Shown: piece after piece, positions 9,109-18,569 of the stretch
How the letters are laid out: every line of letters begins with the position of its first letter
How positions within the stretch are numbered: position 1 is the stretch's first letter
NCBI GenBank assembly: GCA_026397045.1
Contig: JAPLVO010000010.1
Span: 15,858 to 79,857, forward strand
Direction of reading: 5' to 3'
From: Patescibacteria group bacterium
GTDB lineage: Bacteria; Patescibacteriota; Saccharimonadia; CAILAD01; BJGX01
Length of the DNA stretch: 64,000 nt
Translations under genes and position numbers: made by a program
Notes under the pieces: generated by a model
Seen by the model: the letters and a program-made list of their open reading frames with translations, nothing else
Told to the model about the DNA's origin: nothing
Database searches by the model: none

Positions 9109-10857
9109 ATGAAAATCAACATGACTCGCCGTACAAATATACTATCCTTAGCGGTATTAAGCCTCCTTATACCAGGAATGTTCTTGCTCGCGAAGCCAGC
9201 TAGCGCGCAGTATAGTGGCACTAATGGCCGAATAGTATTTTTGCAGGAGCGATCAGCTGGATTACCAAATACCGTGGAGGTCTGGTCTGCTAACCCAGAT
9301 GGTAGCGCTTTGGTTCAGCTCACTAGCGATGATGAGGCCAATGGTTACCCAGGGGTCTCTAGTGATGGCACAAAGATAATTTATACAAGCTATGACGCTA
9401 CTACTTCTGGTACTTATAGAATTCGGATGATGAATATTGACGGCTCTGGCAAGGTAATATTGCAAGGTACTCAGTCGGCCCCCAATGATTATTATGGGGA
9501 GCCTAAGTTTAGCAAGGACGGCTCTAAGATTGTTTTTGTAGCAGCAGCAGTTACTGGTTTGGCTGGCAATGAAGTGTTTACCGCCAATGCCACAGTAGGT
9601 GCAACCAAAACCCAGCAAACCTCTGGCAGTTCTAGCTCCAATACATCTATGTACCCGATCTTTAATAACGCCGCAACCAATATCTACTACTCCGCCTCAA
9701 ATTCTGGTACTCCTGGCCAAACCAACATATGGAGAGTTGCAGTAACTACCTCTACAATCAATTCCCCATTCCTTTTAACGCAGATAAACTTTGGTGGTGT
9801 TCAGATATCAGCGGCACCAGATTTAAGCCCGGATAATACTAAGCTCATATTCCATAAGAATACTTTTGCCGACCCCGGCATTTATCGTCTATTTTATTTA
9901 AGCAATCCAGAAACTATATCCACTACACAAAATTCAGCGACGCTTGTCACTTTTTCTACACCCCTAGGTGCAACAGACTCTGTTGCAAATCCTATCTTTT
10001 CGCCTGACGGAAATCGAATAACCTACACCCTTTCAGATAGTACAGGATCAGGGTACCAAGTTCAGTTTGCCGATTACTCTTCAGCGAATGTAGTAACTAA
10101 TCGTAGAGCGTTGATTTTAGGCAATGACCTTACTGACCCGAACACTATATTATCATACTGGGGTGCAATGCCTGCAATTCTGAATTGGCGTGGTGATTAT
10201 TCGGCCACACTGCTTTATGCGCCCAATGATGTTGTGTTTTATAGTGGTTCTTCCTATGTTTGTGTCACTGCAAGCTGTTCTGGTAGTACACCATCTAGCA
10301 CATCTACCGATTGGGATCTTATGGCTTCGCAAGGGACCCCTGGAACCAATGGAACCAATGGAACCAATGGAACCAATGGAACCAATGGAACCAATGGAAC
10401 CAATGGAACCAATGGAACCAGCTTTACATGGCTGGGGACTTTTAGCCCCACGACAATCTATACTGCCAGGCAAACGGTATTTTATAATGGGTCTTCATAT
10501 GTTTGCGACCCTGTTTCTCCGGCAACTACATGCCCAGCGGGCACCACACCTACTACTGCAAACGGCTGGGACCTATTGGCTCAACAGGGTATTGCTGGCC
10601 CAACTGGCGTAGCTGGCCCAACTGGCCCACAGGGTGCGACGGGTGCAACAGGCGCAACAGGTTCTGCTGGTTCTGCTGGTTCGGGCAGTTCCGCATCTGG
10701 TTCATCTACCCCCGGCGCTCCCAACGCATCTGTGGCTACATTGGTCAGAACTAGCTCCCCGGTGGCGTTAGCAGGAGTCGCAGTAGCTATGGTTATTGGT
10801 CTAGCTGGGTTCTGGATTAGTATCGAGATCAAATCCTCTAGGTTGGCTAAGCGATAA
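9109..10857 (+). CDS. Large secreted or cell-surface protein. It combines a TolB-like beta-propeller region, two CBM5/12-like chitin-binding modules, a (GTN)8 repeat, a collagen-like G-X-Y repeat and a C-terminal TM anchor.
   Basis: Signal peptide MKINMTRRTNILSLAVLSLLIPGMFLLAKPASA. Propeller-like repeats (DGSKIVFV, SPDGNRITYT). Two W..Y....V.Y.G..Y.C......W modules (NWRGDYSATLLYAPNDVVFYSGSSYVCV...WDL and the second FTWLGTFSPTTIYTARQTVFYNGSSYVCD...WDL). PGTNGTNGTN...GTS encoded by an exact 9-bp DNA repeat. GIAGPTGVAGPTGPQGATGATGATGSAGSAGS. C-terminal hydrophobic segment plus the basic tail KSSRLAKR. Confidence 0.6.
   Translation: MKINMTRRTNILSLAVLSLLIPGMFLLAKPASAQYSGTNGRIVFLQERSAGLPNTVEVWSANPDGSALVQLTSDDEANGYPGVSSDGTKIIYTSYDATTSGTYRIRMMNIDGSGKVILQGTQSAPNDYYGEPKFSKDGSKIVFVAAAVTGLAGNEVFTANATVGATKTQQTSGSSSSNTSMYPIFNNAATNIYYSASNSGTPGQTNIWRVAVTTSTINSPFLLTQINFGGVQISAAPDLSPDNTKLIFHKNTFADPGIYRLFYLSNPETISTTQNSATLVTFSTPLGATDSVANPIFSPDGNRITYTLSDSTGSGYQVQFADYSSANVVTNRRALILGNDLTDPNTILSYWGAMPAILNWRGDYSATLLYAPNDVVFYSGSSYVCVTASCSGSTPSSTSTDWDLMASQGTPGTNGTNGTNGTNGTNGTNGTNGTNGTSFTWLGTFSPTTIYTARQTVFYNGSSYVCDPVSPATTCPAGTTPTTANGWDLLAQQGIAGPTGVAGPTGPQGATGATGATGSAGSAGSGSSASGSSTPGAPNASVATLVRTSSPVALAGVAVAMVIGLAGFWISIEIKSSRLAKR
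10342..10413 (+). repeat. Perfect tandem repeat (GGAACCAAT)x8 inside the coding sequence, followed by one degenerate unit
   Basis: Read directly from the sequence. The 9-bp unit keeps the reading frame, and each unit encodes G-T-N. Confidence 0.9.
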
Positions 10858-10943
10858 TAGCCGATAAATGGCGGTATCTCGCGACCAGGCTACCCGCCCC
10901 AATTATCAAGCACTACATTAAGTTGATAGGAGACTAAAATATC

Positions 10944-11750
10944 TTGAAGGATGGCAGGATTGATCTAGCACATAGCCCCCTTTCTGGTGAGTTAAATCAA
11001 TCACAGAACAAGCCTCTGGGTGCAGGATCGCAAGGCAACCAAGTGCCAGCTGGCTCGCCATCTGAAAGCCTCGGCTCGGGCAGTGACCCGGCACCAAACA
11101 GTGATGCGGCGCTGGAAGCCGAAATATCTGCGCGCGTTAGGGCTCGCGAAGCAGACAACCAAGCCAATAATGCATTTAACCCTAGCGTGAGGCGATTTAA
11201 TAAGACCCCTAAAGCAAATAAAATCTTAAAGTATCTTCTTGCCGTGGTGATAACTATATCTATAGTTGCTAGCGCAGTGTTTGGAGCAATGTATTATATG
11301 AGTATTCGCAAGCCAACCCAGCCTGTGCCGGCAAACAACAAGCCCCAATCTGAAGAAAACTCATCACAGGATAATGCGGCAACTAATACCGATCCTAGCA
11401 AATATACTCCTGAACAGATCAAGGCAGTGTCGAAAAGCGAACTGTTTTTATCGTCCCTAAAGGCTCAAGAATACGACAAGGCCTTCGCCCAGCTGGCTCC
11501 AGAACTTAAAAAAGAGTACACCGATGGCATCGAGGGCTTTGCTAGTGACGCCAAGGGGGCAAACCTAAGCCTTATCGACGGTTGGCAGATCGCATCTGTG
11601 AGTACTAACGATTCAGGCGACCGAGTCGTGGTAAAGGGTACGCTTAGCTTTGCTCAATCCACACCTGATGGTAGTTTCGAATTCGGTTTCTACAAAGACG
11701 GCTCCGATTCTGTATTTCTTTTTCAGTGGCAGATAACCCCCGGGGCTTAG
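10944..11750 (+). CDS. Hypothetical membrane-anchored protein, Pro/Ser/Ala-rich at the N-terminus
   Basis: 268-aa ORF with a TTG start as called. Single TM helix ILKYLLAVVITISIVASAVFGAMYYM. The start codon is uncertain. Confidence 0.3.
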   Translation: MKDGRIDLAHSPLSGELNQSQNKPLGAGSQGNQVPAGSPSESLGSGSDPAPNSDAALEAEISARVRAREADNQANNAFNPSVRRFNKTPKANKILKYLLAVVITISIVASAVFGAMYYMSIRKPTQPVPANNKPQSEENSSQDNAATNTDPSKYTPEQIKAVSKSELFLSSLKAQEYDKAFAQLAPELKKEYTDGIEGFASDAKGANLSLIDGWQIASVSTNDSGDRVVVKGTLSFAQSTPDGSFEFGFYKDGSDSVFLFQWQITPGA

Positions 11751-11813
11751 CTAGGTACCAGCCTAAGCCAGCTTATAGACAGCAGGGTGGGCTGTGGCTT
11801 AAAATAGCAGGAT

Positions 11814-12866
11814 ATGATAATCCAAACACTGGAATTAAAAATAAGCGAATCCGTCCGTATCTTGGTTTTGAGTGATATACATTTGATGCTGCCCACTACA
11901 CCCGAGCTTGATTTGATTGAGAAATCATTAGTAGCAAGGATTGTCGACTTGTCCAAAAGCAAAGATGCGATATTAGTGCTTAACGGGGATATATTTGAGC
12001 TGTGGGAGCAGAAGGACCAAACTATCGCCGACATAATCGCTGGGTTCGAGGCCCTTGATGCTGCCATTAAGAACTTCAGTGGCGGAAGGGGGCACAGATT
12101 ACTTTACTGCGTCGGTAATCATGATGAGCTTTTGGCCACCAGCGCAAATGATAGGGCGGTACTACTAAAGCAATGGGGTGCCGAGATAGCCAGCTCCATA
12201 GAGCTCAGACAGGGCCGTAGGCTTATCAGGATTGAACACGGCCATGAGCACGACCATTACAACAAGACGAGTCCAACAGGCGTGTCTTATGGCAAGAGGC
12301 TAGTTCAGCACACCCTTCCTATGCTTCAGCTATATGCCCCAACTTTATTTAAAGGTATCGGGGATGTTGTCGGTCGTGAACTTCTCCCGAGCTATGTTTT
12401 GAGCAATCTAGTGTACGGCCTAGTTGTGCCACTGCTAGTTCCACTCGTGCTGGGGTTGTCCATGGCGGCGGCACTGTATGAGCGAGACCCCAGATATTTG
12501 TTTTCAGCATTGGCTGTGCTTGTGGCGGCATGGCTAGCGACCTTACTTTTCGACAGAGTCTTGAGGCTATTAGCAGCTAGAGTTTTTGGGGGTGGGACAC
12601 GATTCATGGATTCTATATTTGAATACCAGAAGCGTAATCGGTATGATGTTTTGATTTTAGGCCATACACATAGGGGAGCGGTCGTTAAGCGAGGCAAGTA
12701 TTACTATGCCAATAGTGGCTGTAACGATATCATTGCAATTCCCAAAAATGGCTGGCTGGGGCTTGTAAAATTTAATCGCTTTGTGCAGATGAGCGATATC
12801 AGACTTAACAATAAGCAAAAAGAGTTCGTTAAATACCACGAAGATATTATAACTTTGCTAAAATAG
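11814..12866 (+). CDS. Calcineurin-like metallophosphoesterase with internal TM segments
   Basis: Metal-binding motifs: LSDIHL, LNGDIFELW, GNHD, GHEHD, GHTHR. Confidence 0.55.
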   Translation: MIIQTLELKISESVRILVLSDIHLMLPTTPELDLIEKSLVARIVDLSKSKDAILVLNGDIFELWEQKDQTIADIIAGFEALDAAIKNFSGGRGHRLLYCVGNHDELLATSANDRAVLLKQWGAEIASSIELRQGRRLIRIEHGHEHDHYNKTSPTGVSYGKRLVQHTLPMLQLYAPTLFKGIGDVVGRELLPSYVLSNLVYGLVVPLLVPLVLGLSMAAALYERDPRYLFSALAVLVAAWLATLLFDRVLRLLAARVFGGGTRFMDSIFEYQKRNRYDVLILGHTHRGAVVKRGKYYYANSGCNDIIAIPKNGWLGLVKFNRFVQMSDIRLNNKQKEFVKYHEDIITLLK

Positions 12867-12870
12867 GTGT

Positions 12871-13266
12871 ATGCGTAAGTATCTAAAATCTGGAAAAATA
12901 ATATTGTGGGCTGGCGCGATCGCCCTAGTCTATATGTTTGTGATCTTAGCGAGTGAAACCAGCCGTAACTATCAGCTTAGAAGTAAGGCCGACGAGCTAG
13001 ATTCGCAGATTTCCAGGCTTGAAGGGCAGGTTGAAGATCTTGGCTATAAAATAACATATTATAAGACCGATTCATTCCGCGAAAAACTGGCTCGGGAAAA
13101 GCTAAATGTTGCTGGAGCCGGTGAGTCGGTCGTGATTATTAAAGATGATAAGCGCGACCGAGCCGAAGATTCGAGTCAGTCCAAGATAGAACTAAAGTCC
13201 GACGAACAGGTGCTTTCCGAAAAACCCAATTACCAGCAGTGGTCGATTTTTATTTTTGATAAATAA
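12871..13266 (+). CDS. Septum formation initiator (FtsB/DivIC family)
   Basis: N-terminal TM helix, then the coiled coil ELDSQISRLEGQVEDLGYKI, then a conserved FREKLAREKLNVAGAGESVVII block. Confidence 0.55.
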   Translation: MRKYLKSGKIILWAGAIALVYMFVILASETSRNYQLRSKADELDSQISRLEGQVEDLGYKITYYKTDSFREKLAREKLNVAGAGESVVIIKDDKRDRAEDSSQSKIELKSDEQVLSEKPNYQQWSIFIFDK

Positions 13267-13300
13267 AATACCTCTAGATAAGTTTAGAGGTATTTTATGG

Positions 13301-13374
13301 TGGCTGGAGGAGGATTTGAACCTCCGACCTCAGGCTTATGAGTCCCGCGCTCTAACCAACTGAGCTACCCAGCC
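13301..13374 (-). tRNA. tRNA with CAT anticodon. Position 1-72 is fully paired, so this is elongator Met or Ile2. CCA is encoded at 13298-13300.
   Basis: Reverse complement: ggctgggtagctcagttggttagagcgcgggactCATaagcctgaggtcggaggttcaaatcctcctccagcc-a-cca. Confidence 0.75.
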
Positions 13375-13513
13375 TAACTACCATTGATGAAAAAATCCTA
13401 AAAAAGACTGTTTTCAAGCTGTTATTATTACATATTGACCCTGTAATTTCAAGCTAGTAGGGGGCATATCGCCAAAGTAAAAACCCAACGCATAGGTTGG
13501 GTTTTTACTTTGG

Positions 13514-13587
13514 TAGCGGGGGCAGGATTTGAACCTGCGACCTCCAGGTTATGAGCCTGACGAGCTACCAGACTGCTCTACCCCGCG
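13514..13587 (-). tRNA. tRNA with CAT anticodon and a C1:U72 mismatch, making it a candidate initiator tRNA. CCA is encoded at 13511-13513.
   Basis: Reverse complement: cgcggggtagagcagtctggtagctcgtcaggctCATaacctggaggtcgcaggttcaaatcctgccccgct-a-cca. An unpaired first acceptor base pair is typical of bacterial initiator tRNA. Confidence 0.7.
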
Positions 13588-13694
13588 GCATTTTAGAGAA
13601 TGGTAATTATTTTAGCCCAAATATAGCAATTGGTCAAGCTAGTTAAGCTGGTCGGGGCGTTTATTATATTGCCCATATCCTCTACAATAGAAGC

Positions 13695-15011
13695 ATGCTA
13701 AGTAATTTACATAAACACTTGCAGGATCGTAAACTCCTACCCAAGCATAGCAAGATATTGGTAGCCGTTTCTGGTGGTGTCGATTCGGTTGTTTTACTCG
13801 ATCTTATTAACGGCCTTAGAGCAGAATATGGCTGGAAGCTGGCTGTCGCTCACTATAACCACGGCATGAGGCCTGATGCTAGCCAGGATGCCATGCTTGT
13901 AGGGGAGCTAGCCGACAAGTACGGCATTCCTTATTATATGGGCAAGTATGAATATACTAATTTCACCGAAGCCACCCTGCGCAAGTATAGGTATGAGTTC
14001 TTAGAAGAAATTCGCCGTGACTTAGCCTTTGACTATATTATCACCGCCCACCATAATAACGACTTCATAGAAACTGCAATATTTAATACCATTAGAGGCT
14101 CAGATAGGGAGGGCATGGTGGCCTTGAAGCCAAGGAGAGGCTCGATTATTAGGCCACTCCTGCCGTTTTCTAAGGCAGAGATTATAGTTTATGCCGGCCT
14201 TAAGGGCCTTAAATATCGCGAGGATAGCACCAATAGCGACCTCGGGTATAGCCGTAATTTCGTACGCAATATCCTTATCCCTCACGGTAGTATTGCGTAT
14301 CGTAATTTTCACCACAACATGAATCGCAGGCTATCTAGCCTTACGGACATTAACAGGAAGGTTAACCTTGGGCTGGGCCGAGTCGCCCGAACGCTGGTGG
14401 AATATGAAGATGATAAATCTCTGCAGATATCGGCTCAAAGGTTCGGCCAGCTACCATATTCTATCCAGAAAAGCCTACTCGTTTTCCTGGTGAAGCGACT
14501 TAGGCCTGTGCACGGTCTGTCCAGTGTTGGCGTAACCAAGGCTGTTAAATTTATAAACACATCCAAGACGGGCTCGCAAATGTCCCTGCCAGATGGCTTG
14601 CAACTAATTAATACCTATGATAAGTTTGTAATCACTTCAGATAAAAAAGACTTCTCCAGTGAAGCCGATGATAGCCTTCATATCTTCAGAACAGATAGGC
14701 CATTTCACAACAAGCTGTTTCGCCTTTCCATAAGCACTAAAGGCAGTGCAGGAACGAAGATCCCAGCGCGAAAATTATATGTTAGGTATAGGCAGGCAGG
14801 GGATAGGGTTAGGCCCATGGGCATGTCTGGCTCAAAGAAGCTCCAGGATGTTTTCGTGGATGCTAAAGTGCCTAGGCACCTGAGGGCTATTTGGCCAGTC
14901 GTCGTGACTGCTTCAAACGAAATCGTATGGGTCCCTAATGTAGTCAAGGATAGAAGATTTTTTGATGTATCAACCGATAATTATCAGTATTTAAATTGCG
15001 AGGTAGTATGA
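13695..15011 (+). CDS. tilS: tRNA(Ile)-lysidine synthetase
   Basis: PP-loop SGGVDS in ILVAVSGGVDSVVLL, plus a TilS C-terminal domain. The conserved tilS-ftsH gene order supports the call. Confidence 0.8.
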   Translation: MLSNLHKHLQDRKLLPKHSKILVAVSGGVDSVVLLDLINGLRAEYGWKLAVAHYNHGMRPDASQDAMLVGELADKYGIPYYMGKYEYTNFTEATLRKYRYEFLEEIRRDLAFDYIITAHHNNDFIETAIFNTIRGSDREGMVALKPRRGSIIRPLLPFSKAEIIVYAGLKGLKYREDSTNSDLGYSRNFVRNILIPHGSIAYRNFHHNMNRRLSSLTDINRKVNLGLGRVARTLVEYEDDKSLQISAQRFGQLPYSIQKSLLVFLVKRLRPVHGLSSVGVTKAVKFINTSKTGSQMSLPDGLQLINTYDKFVITSDKKDFSSEADDSLHIFRTDRPFHNKLFRLSISTKGSAGTKIPARKLYVRYRQAGDRVRPMGMSGSKKLQDVFVDAKVPRHLRAIWPVVVTASNEIVWVPNVVKDRRFFDVSTDNYQYLNCEVV

Positions 15012-16873
15012 AAAAAGTTCCAAAAAATGTCTGGTATGCAGTTGCGGCTTTTGTAGTACTAGTGGTGCTTGTTTTGAGTATGGGCAATGGCTCTTTACTG
15101 ACCAAGGCCCCAGAAGAAGTGCCTTTTAGCACTGTTCTAGATGAAACCAAGCAAGACAAGGTAGAAAAAATCCAAGTATCCGGTGATGAGATAATCGTTA
15201 CACTTAAGGATGGAACAAAGCAAAAATCTTACAAGGAATCATTCAAGAGTCTTAGTGATTTTGGCGTGGACTATAACAAGGTAAAGGTAGAGGCTAAGAA
15301 CCCAGACGCAGGCGGCGGCAGATGGCTGGACGTGCTACTAGCTATTATTCCTATTGTGCTAATAGCAGGATTCTTTTATGTCATTATGCGTCAAGCTCAA
15401 GGCAGTAATAGCCAGGCTATGAGCTTTGGCAAATCTAAGGCCAGGGTATTTGGTATGGAAAAAAACAAGGTTAAGTTCAAGGATGTTGCAGGCGTACAGG
15501 AGGCCAAGCTGGAACTAGAAGAGATAGTGGAATTCTTGAAGTTTCCGGCTAAGTTCGAAGCCTTAGGGGCCAAGATACCCAAAGGGGTCCTGCTTTTCGG
15601 ACGCCCCGGCACAGGTAAGACCTTGCTGGCTCGAGCAGTAGCAGGAGAGGCCGATGTACCATTTTTTAGCATCTCTGGATCAGAGTTCGTGGAGATGTTT
15701 GTGGGTGTGGGGGCGAGTCGCGTAAGGGATCTATTTGCCCGCGCAAAAAAGAACTCCCCCTGTATTATATTTATAGACGAAATCGACGCAGTTGGTCGGC
15801 AGCGCGGAGCTGGAATGGGGGGCGGAAACGACGAAAGAGAACAGACTCTAAACCAAATCCTTGTAGAGATGGATGGGTTCGAGCAGGGCACGAATGTAAT
15901 AGTAATTGCCGCTACTAACCGACCCGATGTATTAGACCCAGCCCTACTTCGACCAGGCAGATTTGACAGGAGAGTTACCCTAGATGTGCCAGACATGAAG
16001 TCTCGGCAGGAGATTTTGGAGGTTCATACCAGGAAAAAGCCACTAGAGAAAGGCATAGATTTCAAGGAAGTTGCTCGAAAGACCCCAGGCGTATCTGGTG
16101 CTGATTTGGCTAATATAGCTAATGAGGCAGCTATATTTGCAGCTCGCTCCAACCGTAAAAAGATATCCCTAGCCGACTTCCATGAAGCAGTCGAAAAGAT
16201 AGCATTAGGGCCAGAGCGCAGAAGTCATATTTTGAGCGATAAGGAAAAGAAGGTGACTGCATATCATGAAGCTGGCCATGCACTTATTGGCTATTTGCTA
16301 CCTAACTGCCACCCAGTACATAAGGTATCTATTGTTAGTAGAGGGATGGCAGGGGGTGTAACCTGGAGTCTTCCTATTGAAGACAAGCACCTTCATTCAC
16401 TGGCTGATTTCAAGGATGATATCGCCATGTCGCTAGGTGGCCGAACAGCAGAGAAGATTGTCTTCGGCGAACAAAATATCACTACGGGAGCAGAGAGCGA
16501 TCTTAAGCACGCCAATGGTCTTGCTAGGCGTATGGTGACAGAGTATGGCATGAGTAAGTCTTTGCAGAATAGATTTTTTGGGGACGATCAAGGCTCAATG
16601 TTCATGGGCCGAGCAATGCCACAAGAGCGAGGCTACTCCGAAGATATGGCGCGAAAGATAGATAGCGAAATAGAAAAAATCATTAATGAAGCAACCAAGC
16701 TTGCCGAATCGACTATATTAAAGTACCGAAGTGAGCTAGATATTATTGCCACCACCCTGCTTAAAAAGGAAACTATTGAAGGCAAGGACTTCGATAAGTT
16801 GCTAACATCGGTTAAGAACCAAATCAAAAAAGAGACCGCAGCAACCAAAAAACCTAAGAATAAGACCACCTAA
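15008..16873 (+). CDS. ftsH: ATP-dependent zinc metalloprotease FtsH
   Basis: Walker A GRPGTGKT, the second-region-of-homology motif, and the HEAGH zinc site. The ATG at 15008 overlaps the tilS stop (ATGA). Confidence 0.9.
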   Translation: MKKVPKNVWYAVAAFVVLVVLVLSMGNGSLLTKAPEEVPFSTVLDETKQDKVEKIQVSGDEIIVTLKDGTKQKSYKESFKSLSDFGVDYNKVKVEAKNPDAGGGRWLDVLLAIIPIVLIAGFFYVIMRQAQGSNSQAMSFGKSKARVFGMEKNKVKFKDVAGVQEAKLELEEIVEFLKFPAKFEALGAKIPKGVLLFGRPGTGKTLLARAVAGEADVPFFSISGSEFVEMFVGVGASRVRDLFARAKKNSPCIIFIDEIDAVGRQRGAGMGGGNDEREQTLNQILVEMDGFEQGTNVIVIAATNRPDVLDPALLRPGRFDRRVTLDVPDMKSRQEILEVHTRKKPLEKGIDFKEVARKTPGVSGADLANIANEAAIFAARSNRKKISLADFHEAVEKIALGPERRSHILSDKEKKVTAYHEAGHALIGYLLPNCHPVHKVSIVSRGMAGGVTWSLPIEDKHLHSLADFKDDIAMSLGGRTAEKIVFGEQNITTGAESDLKHANGLARRMVTEYGMSKSLQNRFFGDDQGSMFMGRAMPQERGYSEDMARKIDSEIEKIINEATKLAESTILKYRSELDIIATTLLKKETIEGKDFDKLLTSVKNQIKKETAATKKPKNKTT

Positions 16874-16982
16874 GGAGCTAGTAGGACTATCTCGGACAAT
16901 CTAACACAATCGAGCCAGCAAGGGGCTTGTTCGGCTATTGTAGGTTATATTGCACTCCCATCTGGTAGTATAATAAACTATC

Positions 16983-18569
16983 GTGAATAATTTATTAAAC
17001 AAAATCAACAAATCGCGGACCATGGGAATGGCCGCATTTGTTATCTCGTTTTCTTATTTTCTGAGTAGGGTCCTGGGGCTTGTCAGGGATAGATTGCTAG
17101 CTAGTAATTTTGGAGTTAGCCCGCAAACCGATGCCTATACGGCAGCCTTTAAGATCCCCGACCTCCTATTCACGCTGATCGTTTCTGGGGCCTTTGCAGT
17201 ATCCTTTATACCAGTATTTATTGGTTATCTGGAAAAAAAGCAAGAGCGAGAGGCTTGGGTGGTGGCCAACTCGGTACTAAACATACTTCTACTGACTGTG
17301 GGCTTTGCCAGCATCCTGGCCTTTATTTTCGCTAGCCCACTCGTAACACTCTTGACCCCAGGATTTGATACTTACAGGCACGATTTGACAGTTAATATTA
17401 CCAGGATGATGCTTGCAGCACCGTTGTTTTTTGTGATATCGAGTGTGTTTGGAGCAATCCAGCAATCCTATAATCGTTTCTTGATTTACGCTATGTCGAG
17501 TGTGTTTTATAATTTCGGAATAATTATCGGTATCATATTCTTTAGTAGGTTCTTTGCAGGGGAGCCGATATATGGCGTAGCGATCGGCGTGGTCGCCGGA
17601 ACCGCAATGCAGGCAGTATTACAATTTATTGGTGCATTTGGGTTAGGTTATAAATACAAGCTTACCATGCAGTATAAAAACAAGGGTGTGATTAAGATAA
17701 TTAAGCTGATGATACCAAGATCATTAGATCTTGCAATAGATCAGATCAATTGGATAGTCCAGACAGCAATAGCTTCCAACCTAGCTTCAGGCAGTTTGTC
17801 ATCATACTATTACGCCAATAACCTTAAAAATGTACCTGTGGCATTATTCGGCGCCGCAATGAGCACTGCTTTTTTCCCTTCTTTGGTAAGGGCCGCTGGG
17901 AACAAGGATAAATCTAAGCTGGCATCGGCTATTGTTAAGGACCTCAGCATCCTGATGTTTTTTGTAGTGCCATCAGCCTTTATCGCTATAGTGATGAGAG
18001 GCTACATAGTGCGCATTTTATTTGGCTTTAGCGATCAAGTCACCGCAGATACACTAGGCTTACTAGCTGGCTCAATAATTGCCACTAGTTTGTTTTTTAT
18101 GGTAGCCAGAGTGTTCTATGCTTTGGAGGACACCAAAACTCCTCTGTTCGTTAGTTTGGCATCGATTATATTAAATGTATCTATCAGTATTCCACTCTCC
18201 AGGATGTATGGGGTCGCGGGCCTTGGGCTGGCGCTATCTATAACTGGTTTTGCTGAACTAATAATATTGCTGGCGCTACTAAGGCGCAAAATAGGCGATT
18301 ATGGCCTATCTTCTATTTTTAAGTCAGCATTAAAAATAACTACAGCTTCCCTTGCTATGTCGACCCTGATGTATCTGATGGTGAGGTACTTGTTCCCGCT
18401 GAATAAATCCGATATTGGGTTCTCTCAGCTCGCACCGCAGTTTACCCTAATTTGTTTAATCGGCTTAATATTGTTTTATATTTCAGCCCGATCTCTGGGT
18501 GTTCCCGAAATACAGACCGTAACTAAGATTGTGCGTAAAAATATCAATAAGGTGGTGCATCGTGGATAA
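16983..18569 (+). CDS. murJ: Lipid II flippase MurJ (MviN)
   Basis: 528 aa with about 14 TM helices. MurJ-like N-terminus (RVLGLVRDRLLASNFGVSPQTDAYTAAFKIPD). Confidence 0.75.
   Translation: MNNLLNKINKSRTMGMAAFVISFSYFLSRVLGLVRDRLLASNFGVSPQTDAYTAAFKIPDLLFTLIVSGAFAVSFIPVFIGYLEKKQEREAWVVANSVLNILLLTVGFASILAFIFASPLVTLLTPGFDTYRHDLTVNITRMMLAAPLFFVISSVFGAIQQSYNRFLIYAMSSVFYNFGIIIGIIFFSRFFAGEPIYGVAIGVVAGTAMQAVLQFIGAFGLGYKYKLTMQYKNKGVIKIIKLMIPRSLDLAIDQINWIVQTAIASNLASGSLSSYYYANNLKNVPVALFGAAMSTAFFPSLVRAAGNKDKSKLASAIVKDLSILMFFVVPSAFIAIVMRGYIVRILFGFSDQVTADTLGLLAGSIIATSLFFMVARVFYALEDTKTPLFVSLASIILNVSISIPLSRMYGVAGLGLALSITGFAELIILLALLRRKIGDYGLSSIFKSALKITTASLAMSTLMYLMVRYLFPLNKSDIGFSQLAPQFTLICLIGLILFYISARSLGVPEIQTVTKIVRKNINKVVHRG

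Noticed and set aside
10153-10612. Several ORFs in other frames and on the other strand across the GTN repeat (PMEPMEPMEP..., GSIGSIGSIG..., LVPLVPLVP...)
   Set aside because: They are alternative-frame translations of the same 9-bp tandem repeat inside the well-supported 582-aa surface protein gene. A periodic repeat is open in every frame.
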